A DNA stretch of 61,337 bases, counting the filler, from Basidioascus undulatus (Eukaryota): assembly GCA_000826855.1 (NCBI GenBank). It is 8 parts of 8 records of this genome, joined end to end, with 100 filler letters (N's around TTAATTAATTAA, not from the genome) between each part and the next. Parts side by side here need not be neighbours in the genome. Positions count along the whole stretch, not along the records: positions 1 to 25,811 come from JTLS01000203.1; 7 more parts are not named here. One strand, written 5' to 3'. Positions 1 to 12,646 of the stretch are shown one piece after another. The first letter of the stretch is position 1; the number at the start of each line of letters is the position of its first letter. The notes below the pieces were generated by a model. The model saw nothing but the letters and a program-made list of their open reading frames with translations. It searched no databases and was not told the DNA's origin. The translations under genes were made by a program, and so were the position numbers.

Positions 1-823
1 ACATGTCGGTGAAGTTCTGCGGGGCATCGGCCATTTGAACCTCCTGTCGAATACAGATGCAGCTTCAACCCCACATATGCGAATTACTTACCTGATTACG
101 GAGGCTGGTCTTCCTCCCGTACATAAAAAAGGTTAGCCTGTACGCCCTCAGATCGCGTTTTCCACCCGCTCACTCCTCAACCGCAACGCACCTTGCCTAC
201 CCCGCTCGGGCCTACGATGACGACCTTGAGCGTGCGCTGCGGCATTCTGACGGCGGGGGGACTAATACAGATAGAAGAATTTATATGAGAATGTATTGGT
301 GCGGTAGAGCAAGGAGGGTAGGACGGCGGCAGGGAGGAAGGGAAGGGGTGGTCAGATTCTGAGATGTAGGGAGGACGTGCATGCGGGCCACTTGCGCGTG
401 CTTGCCTTCGCTCCGGTGCTGACTCAGCAGAGCGCTATCTTATTTTTTTATCTTTCGCAACTTCCCGATATTTTGCGGATACTACTCCTCAATTGATCAT
501 ATAATTGAGAACAGCGCATGCTAGGCGATACGGACTGCCCGATCCGGCGCCAGTCATTTGAGTGAGGAACCCTCTCTGGGAGCTCGCTATCTTATCTTGA
601 AGCTGAAACGAATGTGCTTTTCGCGAAAGAGGTACCTAAAAGAGTTGCAAAGGCCTCCGATACTGGAATGTCGTCGAACCGTTGCAAATAGCTGCGGCAT
701 CCTTGCCGCCGGAAACGTCGGCGGCGGTGCCGGAAACGTCGCGGTGTCGCGCTCACCCTGCCTTCCCGTCACGCACGCTGGACGTTGCTCCTTTACACTC
801 ATCAAGCTCGGCTCGCAGTCAAG

Positions 824-3807
824 ATGCCTCCTCGCACATCTTTAGACGACGAGATGGACGCCCTCGACGATACGGGCGAGGGCTTTCCGATGCTCCCCAC
901 CCCGCAGCTGCCGAACGGCTCCCCCTCCGGCGGAGGAAGGCGAGGAGGGGGGTACGCACCGCTCAGCGGAACAGGTGCAATTCTCGCGGGGACTCCGCGA
1001 AGGCGAATAGCCGCTTTCGTAGGGTACGTCCAGTTGGCAATAAAGTGAACTTTCCCGGGTCTGAACTGACGGCGGGGACTGGCAGGCTGGCGGTCTTCTC
1101 CGGCATCGCCTTTCACTTCCTCCTCTCCCTCTTTGGCATCATTCGGCCATGGGGCAGGAATGGAGCTGTGGCACCTCCGGAGTATTTATCTCCAGGGGAT
1201 TGGCTGAGGACGAACGGGTCAACGCCGAAGGAGGAGATGGAGCTTGTGAAGCTTCAGGCGATGGTGGATGAGACTCAGGGATACCTTGTGCGGGATTGGT
1301 CGTGCGTTCCCTTTTCCCTGCATTCTGGGTGTAGGGTGACTCATGCGAAACTCTATAAAGATTGAATCTTGGCTGTGGGTGTATTCACCTTCGCTCACGT
1401 GGCCCACTGATTTTCGAGAGCGATCAGGGAACAACATGCGGTCCGTCTTCTAATCACCTCTATCCTGGCTATGCCGTCGCTGATGTCTTTTATTCACAGA
1501 TATATCATCGAGACGGGCCTTCTTCACGCCCAAATCCTGAATCGGACACTGGTTCTCCCTTCATTCGTCTACGCCCGCGCATGCGAGTTCAACAAGTTCG
1601 TCGCTTCCTCGAGCCAACAGCATCGCCTCGACGCTGACTCCCCTGCTCAACCCGAGCAGTGATGTCTGCGGCGCTTTCGCGAAGCAGGCCCATCGCGGTC
1701 AAGCTGTCGGTGCGCAATCGCGCGTCTACCCCAGGGCCGGGCCGGCGCTAACGACAGGTTCGTCTCAGGGTCGCACGAGTGGGACGAGCTTCCGGAGGAG
1801 GAGCAGCAGGCCTGGCAGCTACCCATCGAGGTGATGATCGACCTCCCTCATCTTCGGACGACCTACGGGCCGGTCATCACCACCCAGGAGTACCTGCGGC
1901 TCAACAACCTCAGCCCGGACCTCGAGGGTGAGCACCGCCGTTTCCAGTCCGCCAAGGTTCTGCTGACTATTCGGAACATTCAGGTCTAAACGGCTGGTGG
2001 CAAGGCCGATACAACGGGGACCTAAGATACGCTGCGCTGCCCAATTCGTTCGGTGTCCCGTTCACACCTGCTCTCCTTCGATGCTGCTTACACCGCTTTT
2101 CGACCCGCAGCGACTGGGACCCCTTCCCGATGGTGCGCGTCGACCGTCTGCACCCGCCCGGCCTGCACGACGAGCTCCAGCCGAAGTCGGACGAGGTCCC
2201 CGCGGGACTGGACGCCGAGCGCATCAAGGCGCTGTTCGAGGAGAAGAAGAGCACGATCGACCTTGACGAGCTGCGGTCGAAGCTGCGCGAACAGGGCTTC
2301 GAGCTGCCCGAGAACCCGACGGGCGCGTTGGAAGCGCTTGGGTTCAGGCAGTTATATACCTATGATCACATGCAGGTCCCTTTTTCTTTTCAAGTCCTTT
2401 CAAACGACGCTGACGAACTGCCGCCGCCGGGTAGTCTTGGAATGGACTTCTTGTACGTCAGGCGAGGGTGTCGTTTGGCTGATGCTTCGGCTAATACCAG
2501 CACTCTTTGCAGGAAGAGCCCTGTCAATCCCGTAACGCAGGTTGCAGCGGAGGGAAACCTGACTGGTCTGTGGGAGGAGGCTCACGATGTGACGGACAAA
2601 ATTCTGTGCGTCTGACTTCCGCTCTCCCGACCCATCTTCTTAGACTGATCGCTCTTATTCACAGGCACATCCGCGTGCGTCCCAATTTTGGCTCCCCGCC
2701 GGTCACAATGATAGCTCCTGACCGATAACCTGTTGTTACAGGGCGAGATCCACCTCTACCGGCGGGCCGGCTCTCTGTACTTCACGAGCCCCGAGCAGCG
2801 GGAGGAATTCCGCAACATTATTCTCGGCGACATGAAGCCGCTTCCGCGGATGTACGAGCTCGCTGCGAGGGTCGATGCTCGGATGCGGCAGAAGACCGAG
2901 GGCCGTGCTTGGATGTAAGTCTTACCATTCTGGTACCGCTCGCGAGAAGACATTGCAGACACTGACGAGAAGTCGCTCAGGACTGCTCACATGCGAAGAG
3001 GTACATGCTTGACCCCCTGTACAATGCAGGTGCTGACGTTTTGCGCCCGCAGGCGACTTCGTGAGGCACGGATGGGCGATGGAGGGCGAGGTGCGTCTTG
3101 CGCCGTCGATCGTTGACCTTCTTCGTCGTTCTGACCTCTGGGCTCTCCTGCAGTCATTCGAGAAGCACGCAGACAGGATCAAGCGCCGCCTGAGCAAGGG
3201 GCAGAAGATCTTGGCGGCCAACCCGTCTCTCTTGCGACCAGCGCCGGGCGGGGACACCGTTCCGCCCGCGCCCGCGCCAGGAGACCCCTTCTACGTCGCG
3301 ACGGACGAGCGAAACGCGACGAACCTCGACTACCTGCGCTCTATCGGCGGTGTCGTGCTTTCCGACGTGCTCACCACTTCCGATCGAGTGAGTCTCAACG
3401 TTGATCTGATGTCGGTTGAACAGACGGAAACTGACGATGCGAGCACTCAAGGATTACTTCGGCCCGATGGCCGTCTTCACCGACGTCCTTGCTCTTCTCG
3501 AGCAGGTTATCATGTCGCATGGTACGGGGTTCGTTTCTTCCTGTCCACTGATTCAGCCTCTGACTCAGCTATTACGTTCCAGGCGCGTATTTCTACGGAC
3601 ATGTGAGTCGTGATAGCCATGGGAGGTGGAATGAGGAATATACAACTGACGTTTCCACGCTTTTGCAGGCATTATCATCGGTTGCCGGTGGGGTCGGTAA
3701 GTTCGGATGGCTCCAAATTCTCGCTGGGTGAGCGCTGACACCTTTTCCCCGCAGTCAATTTGCGCGAGGCAGCCGGATACGATCCCCGAACCAGGCTAAT
3801 AGATTAG
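824..3807 (+). CDS. O-fucosyltransferase-family (GT-B fold, POFUT/PF10250-like) type II membrane glycosyltransferase, multi-exon
   Basis: Spliced translation gives an N-terminal TM segment, then GYLVRDWS-LNLG-WNNMR-YIIETGLLHAQILNRTLVLPSFVYARACE, AHMRRGDF, PFYVATDE and LEQVIMSHG. It ends YDPRTRLID* (TAG 3805-3807). The reconstruction uses micro-exons of 14, 13 and 10 nt and a probable GC donor at 2372. Confidence 0.75.
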
Positions 3808-4146
3808 ATGATTGTGTACTATGCTACTTTAGGAACTGGGAGAAGTTTGCCTAATGAATGAGGATATGCGTGTTCGAGGGGAAGAAAGGCAAGCGGACAA
3901 AAGCTGGTTCCTGGTTCTGAGACGGCCCGCAACTTTCCCCGCTGTCACCCCCACGGTCGCGAACAACGCTGTGTGAATACGTTTCTACCTACAGTAAATA
4001 GGCATTAATCGTCGGCGTTACGGAAGCCCAGTGCGGGGCATCGTGTATCCCGTGCAGAGAAATTGAGAACGGACACCTATGTCGGGGACAGAATAGCACG
4101 CCGTGCACTTCATCTTCCATCTCCATCAGTCCAGACACGTAGCATC

Positions 4147-6360
4147 ATGTCAAATACAATACGCGTGACGGAACATCATCTCCCGCAGAACGCAGACGCA
4201 CAACACTCTGCTCCATCCCGCGCCGCGACAGCAGCAGTGGCTCCTGACGCTCTGTGGCAGATCTCCCAGAACACCGCGGCGCAACCCGCAGAGCGGCATG
4301 GCGGAGGCGGAGGCGGAGGCGTGCATGTTGAGGTTGGGCCATCCAAGGTACGCACTCACACCGAAAAAGTGTATCATACTGCAAAGGTCCGCTCGCGGCG
4401 CTCATTCTGATCTCAGCCTCAGCCCGTCGTCGCCGCCCCATCCACAACCTCCAGCACTCGCACGGTGGCCCCAAGCTCGCCCCCACGAAAACCTTCCGAC
4501 ATTCCTGTGGGTACACAACACGGTACCTCACGGCGGAAGTTGACACTCATCGTGCCAACACCTTTGAGCAGCTGCCAGACTCGGTGTCGAGCGAGGCTTC
4601 TCATTCCTCTCCACTCAATCGTCGGTTGCTGGACATGCAGTCAATCGTAAGCAACCGTGGATGCAGTTGATAAACTATTTGCGAAGTCTAATCCCTTTGT
4701 CACGAAGCCAAAACCAGCAGTCCGCGTTGCGGTCGGCGCTCCCGAAGAAAGGGTCATTCCGAACAGCTCTAACTTGACAAATGTAGGTTCAGTAAGTACG
4801 CAATTGAAGTGGGTATCCCTGGTCCAAGTAGCTCATCCATTTCTTCATCGCGCGTTGCATCGCAAAGCAAGCCGAACCGCACGTCGTCGTGGACGTGAAG
4901 CCGACTGCGGCACCGAAACCCCCTCGTCTTGTCGAGCCAAGTGCGATACCCAAATCGGTAGGTGTTTTTTTTTCTTTTCTTGAAATTTCTGGACCGAAGC
5001 GGGGTGGTTTTTTTAATAATGGAAGCTTCACCCCAGGCTCCGCCTCGACCTCCTCAACCTCCTGGTGCGGTAACGCCGAAGCACTTGGACGCGCACAGCA
5101 CCTCAAAGGAGACTCCCGTAAGTTTGCGTAGATTCTTGGGTTGCTTTGGACCTCATGTTTGGTCTCGTTCATAGACTGCTGCACACTCACCCACCGTCGC
5201 CGTGGACGTGCATTCCTCTGAACAGCATCCACCCGCTGACCAGCGTGTTGCGCCCGAGACTGTGAGCCTTGGCATCATTGCAGCAGTCCAAACCCTCGTT
5301 CTAAAAGGTTTTCACTGGCCTTAGGCCACCAGGGGCGTTAAAATCCACATCCACACTGGCGCTGCAGCCAATCCATCGGTCGAACGGGTACGAATGAGTT
5401 GCAGCAACCGTCGGGACTCGACTGACGAACAGCTGTTGGCCAGGCTATCGGAGAAAGGCCGTCGGAAGCAGCACCTGTAGGTCAGACTTACTCTAACAAT
5501 CCGCATGAGCAATGGGGGCTTGTTTCGACCGTAGCGTCGCTGACCGGTCATCTGGATGACAGGGACTTGCAGTCAAGCAAGTCCCGGGCGCGCGGATGGC
5601 AGCAAGTGCACCTCCGGTGGTGCGCATTTCCTGAGTCGCATCCTCTTACAGCCTTGATCTGACTGTAGCTCAAGAAGATAACAACAACCGTCACTATTCC
5701 GCCCGGCGGTCCCTCGACAGCAAAAGCTGTTGATCCCGCATCCATCCCGGCAAGTCTTGATGACCTGCAAATGGCAAGAGGTCACCAGTTCTTTATTTTG
5801 CTAACAACGCCTTTACGGACCATAGCTACCGCCTCCCGTAGCTAGCTCCGTTTCGCCATCGGCTTCAGGGCGCTCTGTCCAATTCAAGTCTACCGCCGAG
5901 TTGATCAGCATCACTCCTGCGACTGGATGGACACCACCGGATACTCCCAAACCGGCCGTAAAGCATATTGAATTTGTTCCCGTACGTCCTGCATTCGCCT
6001 TCCATCTTCGCGTCTAGACGTCCCATTCCCCCAGTTACGCGACGAATCCCCCATCTTCAGTCAGTACCCCATTCGCTCTGTTATCCCTCCGCCGACGTGG
6101 CCTCCCGGACGGCATACTCCTGCCCGTATCACATACTGGAATGACCTTGGTATGGCTCCGCCGCCGTTGCCGCCTGCACCGGTACTACGGCCACGCGGTG
6201 CGCCACCGCCTCGTTCTTGGGGAAACCACGGTCCGGTGAGTCGCTTCCGCTCTGATCTTTCATCATATAACTTCACAGTACTGAGATAATTAGTGGACTG
6301 GGACAGTCCGAATGGGGATCGCACGGCGGAGACCGCGTGGGCTACGGCGAGTGGGGTTAA
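4147..6360 (+). CDS. Putative multi-exon low-complexity hypothetical protein (may be degraded)
   Basis: ATG at 4147 opens MSNTIRVTEHHLP. Pro/Ser-rich coding-like segments follow, bounded by GT..AG pairs, with a last segment GDRVGYGEWG* at 6360. No family recognised; exon structure not resolved. Confidence 0.3.
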
Positions 6361-7059
6361 GGTCCTCCTCGATGACGATGTCGCAGTTTTGGTGTCAGTT
6401 GTGTAAAATGACATCCTTGAGACGTCGCATTCAAACAAGTCCGATTGTCTCCCGTATGCCGTTAGATGAACATCATGGGCATGTTTGCAAAGCGCACAAA
6501 CGTTGTACGGCAACGTCCGTTCTTCCTCTCATTACTCGTCCCTGCCTTCCCAATTTCAATCCTTCGCACAATGTCGGTCGTCTGGTTGTGCTTTACCGGA
6601 TCCATGAGATAATCTTATGGTTGGTGCATGCCATAAGGGTTAGGTTTATAACAGAAGAAAGCGCAGTTCAGGCCGAGCCTCCGAGGATCCTCCGGAATTG
6701 CGGACGGCAGATGGGGACTGAGCAGATGCAACAATGTTCGCTGAAATATCTTAGCTGTAAACCAACTTCAAATATCCCACAATAGCAGTGAACTTCCCTA
6801 TGGTACTTCACCAGGATGTGAAAGTTGATGTAGCAGGTGGTTACCTGGATAAGTTCTGTTTTTCGGTGTTTCCTCGCATGCGTCGCGTCCATCATTTGAT
6901 ACTGGCGCAAGCTAGTGGACACACGTGTAAGTAGGTAACAACTTCAATAGGACCGGCGGTCTCAGCGAGACACATGAACGACACGCGAGACAGCGTCGAG
7001 GAGGCGAGTGAGGGGCAATCGCTCAAAACTCTCGGCGTGCGCAATCATCAGCGATGTCA

Positions 7060-7270
7060 GGCCGGGGCGGATGATGGGGCGGTCTTCGCCTAAGATTGGC
7101 CAAGTCTGGGCCATTTATGAGCCACCGTTTTGTGGATTAGACCAAGTCATAGGCCCTTTGCAAGCTTTTCTATTCTCATGGAAGCACAGAGCCCCGCGTA
7201 GTTGGCGTCGGGAGTTCCCAGCTGCCCCCACGTACCTCCACTGCCACGCCTCCAGCCAAGAAGGGGCGCC
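7060..7270 (+). promoter_or_regulatory. Possible CreA/Mig1 (SYGGRG) boxes and CCAAT box upstream of the sugar transporter
   Basis: CCGGGG (~7063), reverse-strand GCGGGG (~7192) and GTGGGG (~7226), plus ATTGG (~7095), lie 200-420 nt upstream of the ATG. These motifs are short and may occur by chance. Confidence 0.25.
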
Positions 7271-7481
7271 ATAGCTTTGGCCTGGTCATGAGCCGTCGAA
7301 GCATGTTCCTGATGACGGACCATGCGCTTGTACTGCTGTCGAAATCAGTGCTCTTGAAGTTTAGCCAGTCTAGACATCTCAGCTTTCGTTCTTCTTGCTC
7401 CCATCCTACCTCCGTACTCTCAGTCGCTCCCCACCCGTAACATCACCACTACCATATTCTTACTTGGGATTATCTCCAAGC

Positions 7482-10400
7482 ATGCTGGGGGATAAGCACA
7501 TAACAGTAAATGGGGCAGCCGTCGGAGTTGAAGCAGTCGCGCTCGGCGTCGTGACTTCCATTGGTAGTTACGCCCGCATTCCTGTCTCGAAAAGAGTGGC
7601 TAACTGAACAAGCTTCAAAAAAGGTGGATTCCTCTTCGGCTACGACACCGGTCAAGTGAGTGGTTCCCAGAACTCAGCGCCCTAAGAAACTGACGGTGTC
7701 TACGCTTTTCCAGATCTCGGGCATGCTGCTCCTGGAGGACTTTTTCGAGCGATTTGCTGAACAGCAAGAGGACGCTTACGCCAATTCAACGGGAAATATC
7801 GAGTCTGCTCGTCAGTCTAATGTCAATCGGTGAGCACCTTGCCTTACTACTGAGTAAGATTGTATGAATAATGTGTTCTTAAAGGCACTTTGTTTGGTGC
7901 GCTCGCGGGATCATACACGTAAGTGAGAGTGACGAGCAAGGAAAAGTGCTCACTAATGCTTTGTCTGTAGGGCGGATTGGTTGGGCAGGAGGAACTCGTT
8001 GGCTTTCTGGGTCGTCATCTTCATCCTGGGCAACGTTGTTCAGGTAAGTGGGAGAGGAGCCGCTGACAAGCGAACAATGCCTGATATTGTGCGGCATGCT
8101 GCAGATTACCGCCATGCAATCCTGGGTGCACATGATGATGGGTCGATGGTTCGCCGGTTGGGGATGTACGGTCTTCCCTTGTGCAGGTCTTGCCTCACAC
8201 GCTCACGCTCAATCAGGAATTAGAGGCGGACTGTCGATCGGAGTGCCAATGTAGGCGGAACTTGAGGCTGTAGTGAGCATGTCTGACCCCGTCGTTCTTT
8301 TACAGGTTCCAGAGCGAGACATCCTCCAAAGAGATCCGCGGTACAGTCGTCGCTTCCTACCAAGTGCGTCCAGCTCCAAACTTCACGCTCTGTCGGGTGC
8401 TGACGGTGTGCCTGTTGGCGGAATGCAGCTAATGATTACCATCGGTGCTCTTTAGTACCGGATACAATCGCATCCTCAACTTTCTCACATCCTAATACTT
8501 CAGGTATCTTGGTTTCCAACTTGATCAACTTGGGCTGCCGAGACATCACTGGCTCAGCAAGCTGGCGTATCGTAATCGCCCTCGGCATTGCGTTCTCTAT
8601 TCCTTGGTAAGTTTCCTCCCTCCATTGACAAGTCCCGCTATCTGATAAGTGGTGCTGTCAAGGGCATTGGCGTGCTCCTCGTACCAGAGTCGTAAGTCAC
8701 CTCCCTCAGCCGGTGCGAAGACGTAATGAAGAATAAAGTCTTCTTCAGGCCTCGCTGGCTTCTTGCACGCGGTCGCCCTGGCGAGGCTCGCCAGGCCATC
8801 GCTCGTCTCCGAGGGGTGGACACAAAAGATGAAGCAGTTGAGGTGGGGTTTCTCATATTATATGTTGAGCGTACCGTAGCTCACGCTCTGTACTACAGGA
8901 TGACTTTGAAGAGATGCAGAACAAGATCCAGGAGGTGAGCTGTCCTGCTTTCTTCGATGTGTATCCACGGCTCAAGCGGTGCATGTTCAGGAACTGGCCA
9001 CTGGCGCCGATACCACCAGCTGTATGTACTGTTTTCGACGACCGGCGAAGCCTGTTCTAACTTGCACTTTCTTCTTCAAAGGGGCGGAATGCTTCACGGG
9101 AGTCGAAGGCATCAACCGCCTCATCTACCGCACTTTCCTGGGATGTGCCATCCAATTTCTACAGCAACTTACTGGCGTCAATTGTACGTCTAAAATTCAA
9201 AGGATTACATCTGGCCGTGGGACAGAGAGCAAGGAGTTATGGACGGCTTTCACCTCGCTGACGGTGACTCACCATCGCCCAGACTTCTTTTACTACGTGA
9301 GTTGTTGATTTCGCTCATGACTTGTCCGTTTATTTTATTCTTGTTATGCAGGGCGCAACTATCTTCCGCGCAGCGGGTATCGTCGATCCTTTCGTGACGC
9401 AGATTGCGCTGGGCAGCGTCAACGTCTGTGAGTAGGCTACTCCGACCGCTTCGGTTCCAAGGACTCACTTTCTCATATCTCAAGTCTGCACCTTCTTCGG
9501 TCTCTACATCCTGGAGAGGTTCGGCCGCCGCATGCCCCTTTTCTACGGAGGACTATGGCAATCGGCTTGGCTCTTGGTATTTGCTTCCTTGGGAACGGCC
9601 ATCAACCCTGAGGGCAACTCGGGCGTTGGAAGCGCCCTGATCGTGTGTGCCTGCATGTTTATTGCATCCTTTGCGTCCACCTGGTGCGTCCATGACCTGA
9701 TGAACGCAACGAGGGTGCTGACAGAAAAAATGACAGGGGCCCGGGAGCATGGGTTGTGATCGGAGTACGTCCGTCCTTGTATTCGCTAGGACTCCTATAC
9801 TGGCAGTTTACACTCTTTATATTTTGGTCCTGACGGCGAAGCGACTGCGCAGGAATCCTTCCCTCTTAGAACTCGAGCAAAGCAGGCCTCCTTGGCAACG
9901 GCATTCAACTGGCTGTATGTCGCGCCCTTTCACTTATACTTGCGTCTGCTTACACCGCGCTGGTGTTCAGTGGAAATTTCATCATCGGTGAGTCCTTCTT
10001 TTTTGAAAGAAGACCTCATAATTCACGGCTGGCTGTTTCGACGACTAGCTTTTGTCACACCCTACGCGGACGAGGGCATTTCGTACGCCTACGGATACGT
10101 TTTGTACGAGTTTAATTGCTGGCCCCCTTCGGTGAACGTAGCGGCTTTCTGAACCATGTCCTATAAGCTTCACGACCAACTTGATTGCAGCACTGGTCAT
10201 CTGGTTCTTCACTTTCGAGACCAAGGGTCTTTCGCTCGAAGCTGTCGATAAGATGTACACCGACCGCTCCCTCAAGGTAAGCGCAGTGGGCTTTCTGTGT
10301 TGGTTGAAACTGTATCGCTAACGCGCTTGCTCGAGCAGGCATGGCAATCCGCCAGCTACGTTCCTCCTGGATACACCTCCCGGAGTCAGCGCGACCATGT

Positions 10401-10569
10401 GAGTTCCTACGCGAAAATTTTTATACAGAAGAACAGTCGTTGACCGTATGTATAGGTACAGGATGCGTTTGAGGCCCCGATAACCGAAACGGACGCTAGT
10501 TCGGCTGTGCAACGCGGTGGCAAAAAGTCTGAAGGAGTTGAGGACCCTCTGCACGTGGAGAAGGTCTAA
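7482..10569 (+). pseudogene. MFS sugar porter (hexose transporter), ~24 introns, frameshifted in its 5' third
   Basis: Motifs: GGFLFGYDTGQISGM, LVSLMSIG, ADWLGRR, PMFQSE, PESPRWL, QQLTGVNYFFYYG, ERFGRR, WGPGAWVVIGESFPLRTR, ETKGLSLE. The frame breaks in exon 7714-7829 (116 nt, wrong phase), at ~8160 and at ~8605; the remainder is intact to TAA at 10569. Confidence 0.8.
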
Positions 10570-10915
10570 TCGGTCGCATGTCTATCTCTGTAAACAAATT
10601 GGACTGCAAAAATTCATATAAAAATACCCACTTTGAAGATCAGGCAGCATAATCGCAAGTGTTCATGTCTTGTTGCATCCAGGGCAAACATGCCCTTGCT
10701 GGTCTCCGGCTTCCAGCGCACCAGGTTTGCCTAACAACACATTACATGTTGAGTCCAGCTTAATGTGAAGAAGGGAACCAATGGAGATATTCTATTCATA
10801 ATCCAGCTTGAGCTTCACATGAGAAGAAGGCCCCGGCATTTTGACAGTATTTGAGCCCTGCGACGACTGGTGCAACCCACGGACGGAAAACGCTGCACGG
10901 TGCGACTATAGTTTC

Positions 10916-11768
10916 TCAATAGGGCTCCACAACCAGATACTGCCTGTACAGTTTCCTCTCCCCCTCCCTGACCCTTCCCGCCTCCCCAAGCTCATCCTTA
11001 AGCGTTACCCTGACCTTCCTTGGCTCAAAGAACGCCTCGTTCCACCTACGCACAAAATCCTCCGCCTTCGAGACCTTCATCGCCCCCATCTTGCGTTCGG
11101 CGAGCTCAGACACCATCATCCCCATCATTCCCATCGGCATTTTCCCAAGCCCGGATCTAGCGAGCCCCGAGAGCTTGCAGCGGGTCGAAAGGTCGCTAAT
11201 GAAATGCTGCCAGTCGGTGGGTAGAACGTCGTGAGGGGCGAGTTGCCAGGAGGGGAAAGTCGTTGAAGCCGGACGTGAGGTCGGCGCCGTTCGTGGGAAC
11301 CGAGAAAGGGGAGAAGGTATATACGTCCTGTAAATATCAGGGGGATATCATGTCAAACCTGTCTGCAGACCGCACATCGCCCGGCTAAGGACTGATACGT
11401 TGTGGTCGGGTGCCCCGGTGAACTGCACCGGCGGAGGGTCGAGAGGGTCCTTTTGTCCCCTACCATAATCGGTCACCTGCTGAACGGATGCGCCAGGCTG
11501 AAGGTACTGCTGCACGCCTGGAGGGGACGGCAGCGGCTGCAGCTGGGGGGACGGGAACGGGTATGCCTGCGTCGAGCGCCTCGGCGGACAGTATTGCTGC
11601 TCGTATGCTGCCGGCGGAGACGGGGCCTGGGACGGTGCGAAAGGGGGCCTGGTATGGCGGAGATTGATTGTAGAGAGAGTATTGGTTCGGCGGCGCCTAA
11701 GGCCGATACCCATACCCAGCGACCGCTGGCGGCCTGGACACGGCGAGATGTGCCTGTGTGGACGCCAT
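10916..11768 (-). pseudogene. Conserved basidiomycete hypothetical protein (HDV...DW / WNxxFFxPR family) with one frameshift
   Basis: Reads MASTQAHLAV.., DPLDPPPVQF, FSPFSVP..LTSGF, then LAPHDVLPTDWQHFISDL and WNEAFFEPRKVRVTL. The HDV/DW block is in a different frame from GFNDF (break at ~11255, TTTCCCC run), and the unshifted frame reaches TAG. Confidence 0.6.
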
Positions 11769-12646
11769 GTCGGCGCGGCGTGCTTCGCGTCTGCGTCCCA
11801 TTCGGTAGTCGACAGCGGGGGGAAGATTTCGAATGACAGAAAACTTAATGCAGAGTGTGTTGATGAGAGACAGAGGAGAGGTCGTCTTAAGACCTTTTCG
11901 TCCCGTCGGCTTGCCCGTGGGGCGCATGTGGGCCTTCCGACGGCATCACCAGCTTCGTCCTGTTGCGATCGATTGCCTAAGCCAGAGAGAACCGTTCTCG
12001 CGTGTTACGACCTAAATACATCATTTCAGTGGTGAAGTATGTAGGAGCAAGTTGAAGTAGCTCCCTGAGGACGAGCCCAAGCAGCTGCAGGGTGAAGCAG
12101 TGCCGGCGGCCCGGGAGGCAGTGCATGTAACGTAGTAGAAACAAGTCACAACCACATGTTCTTGCTAGGTAATGATGACTTCAACTGGACTGCACACACA
12201 GTTAAAAGCAGACATGCTCAATGCCTAGCGTTATCTGATTGAGGTGAGGGTCGACCACGCCGGCTGCGGAGAGGTCCCTATACATTGAATACGATTCTTT
12301 AGGGTCTTAGAGTCAAATAGTAATAAGATTATGTGGTGCTGATAGTGAATACGAGTGAGTACAGTAAAAGCCGGACGCAACCGTTCGTCTTCTGGCTTTC
12401 GCACCCGCTGCTCCGGCTCCCATTGACCGTCCCGGCTCCAGTCACCAGGCTTCGGGCAGACTTGCGCATGAAGCCCGCGAAAGTAATGGATTGTAGGCTA
12501 CTTTCGCATAAAAACCGCGAGTCTTGAACATCGCAGCCATCCTGTTTGCGGCACAGGTTCTTTAAATGCAAATGTTTCATTCTTAAATCGAGTCTACCGA
12601 CCCCTCGTCCCGCTACACCCCGTTCCGTCAAACCACCTTCATTCCC

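Noticed and set aside
708..741. Direct repeat GCCGGAAACGTCG x2 upstream of the glycosyltransferase
   Set aside because: Only two 13-nt copies; a regulatory role cannot be supported from sequence alone.
7741..8665. Programmed ribosomal frameshifting, RNA editing or an alternative genetic code explaining the broken frames
   Set aside because: Lesions are of mixed sign, several per gene, without slippery heptamers. Core genes translate cleanly with the standard code.
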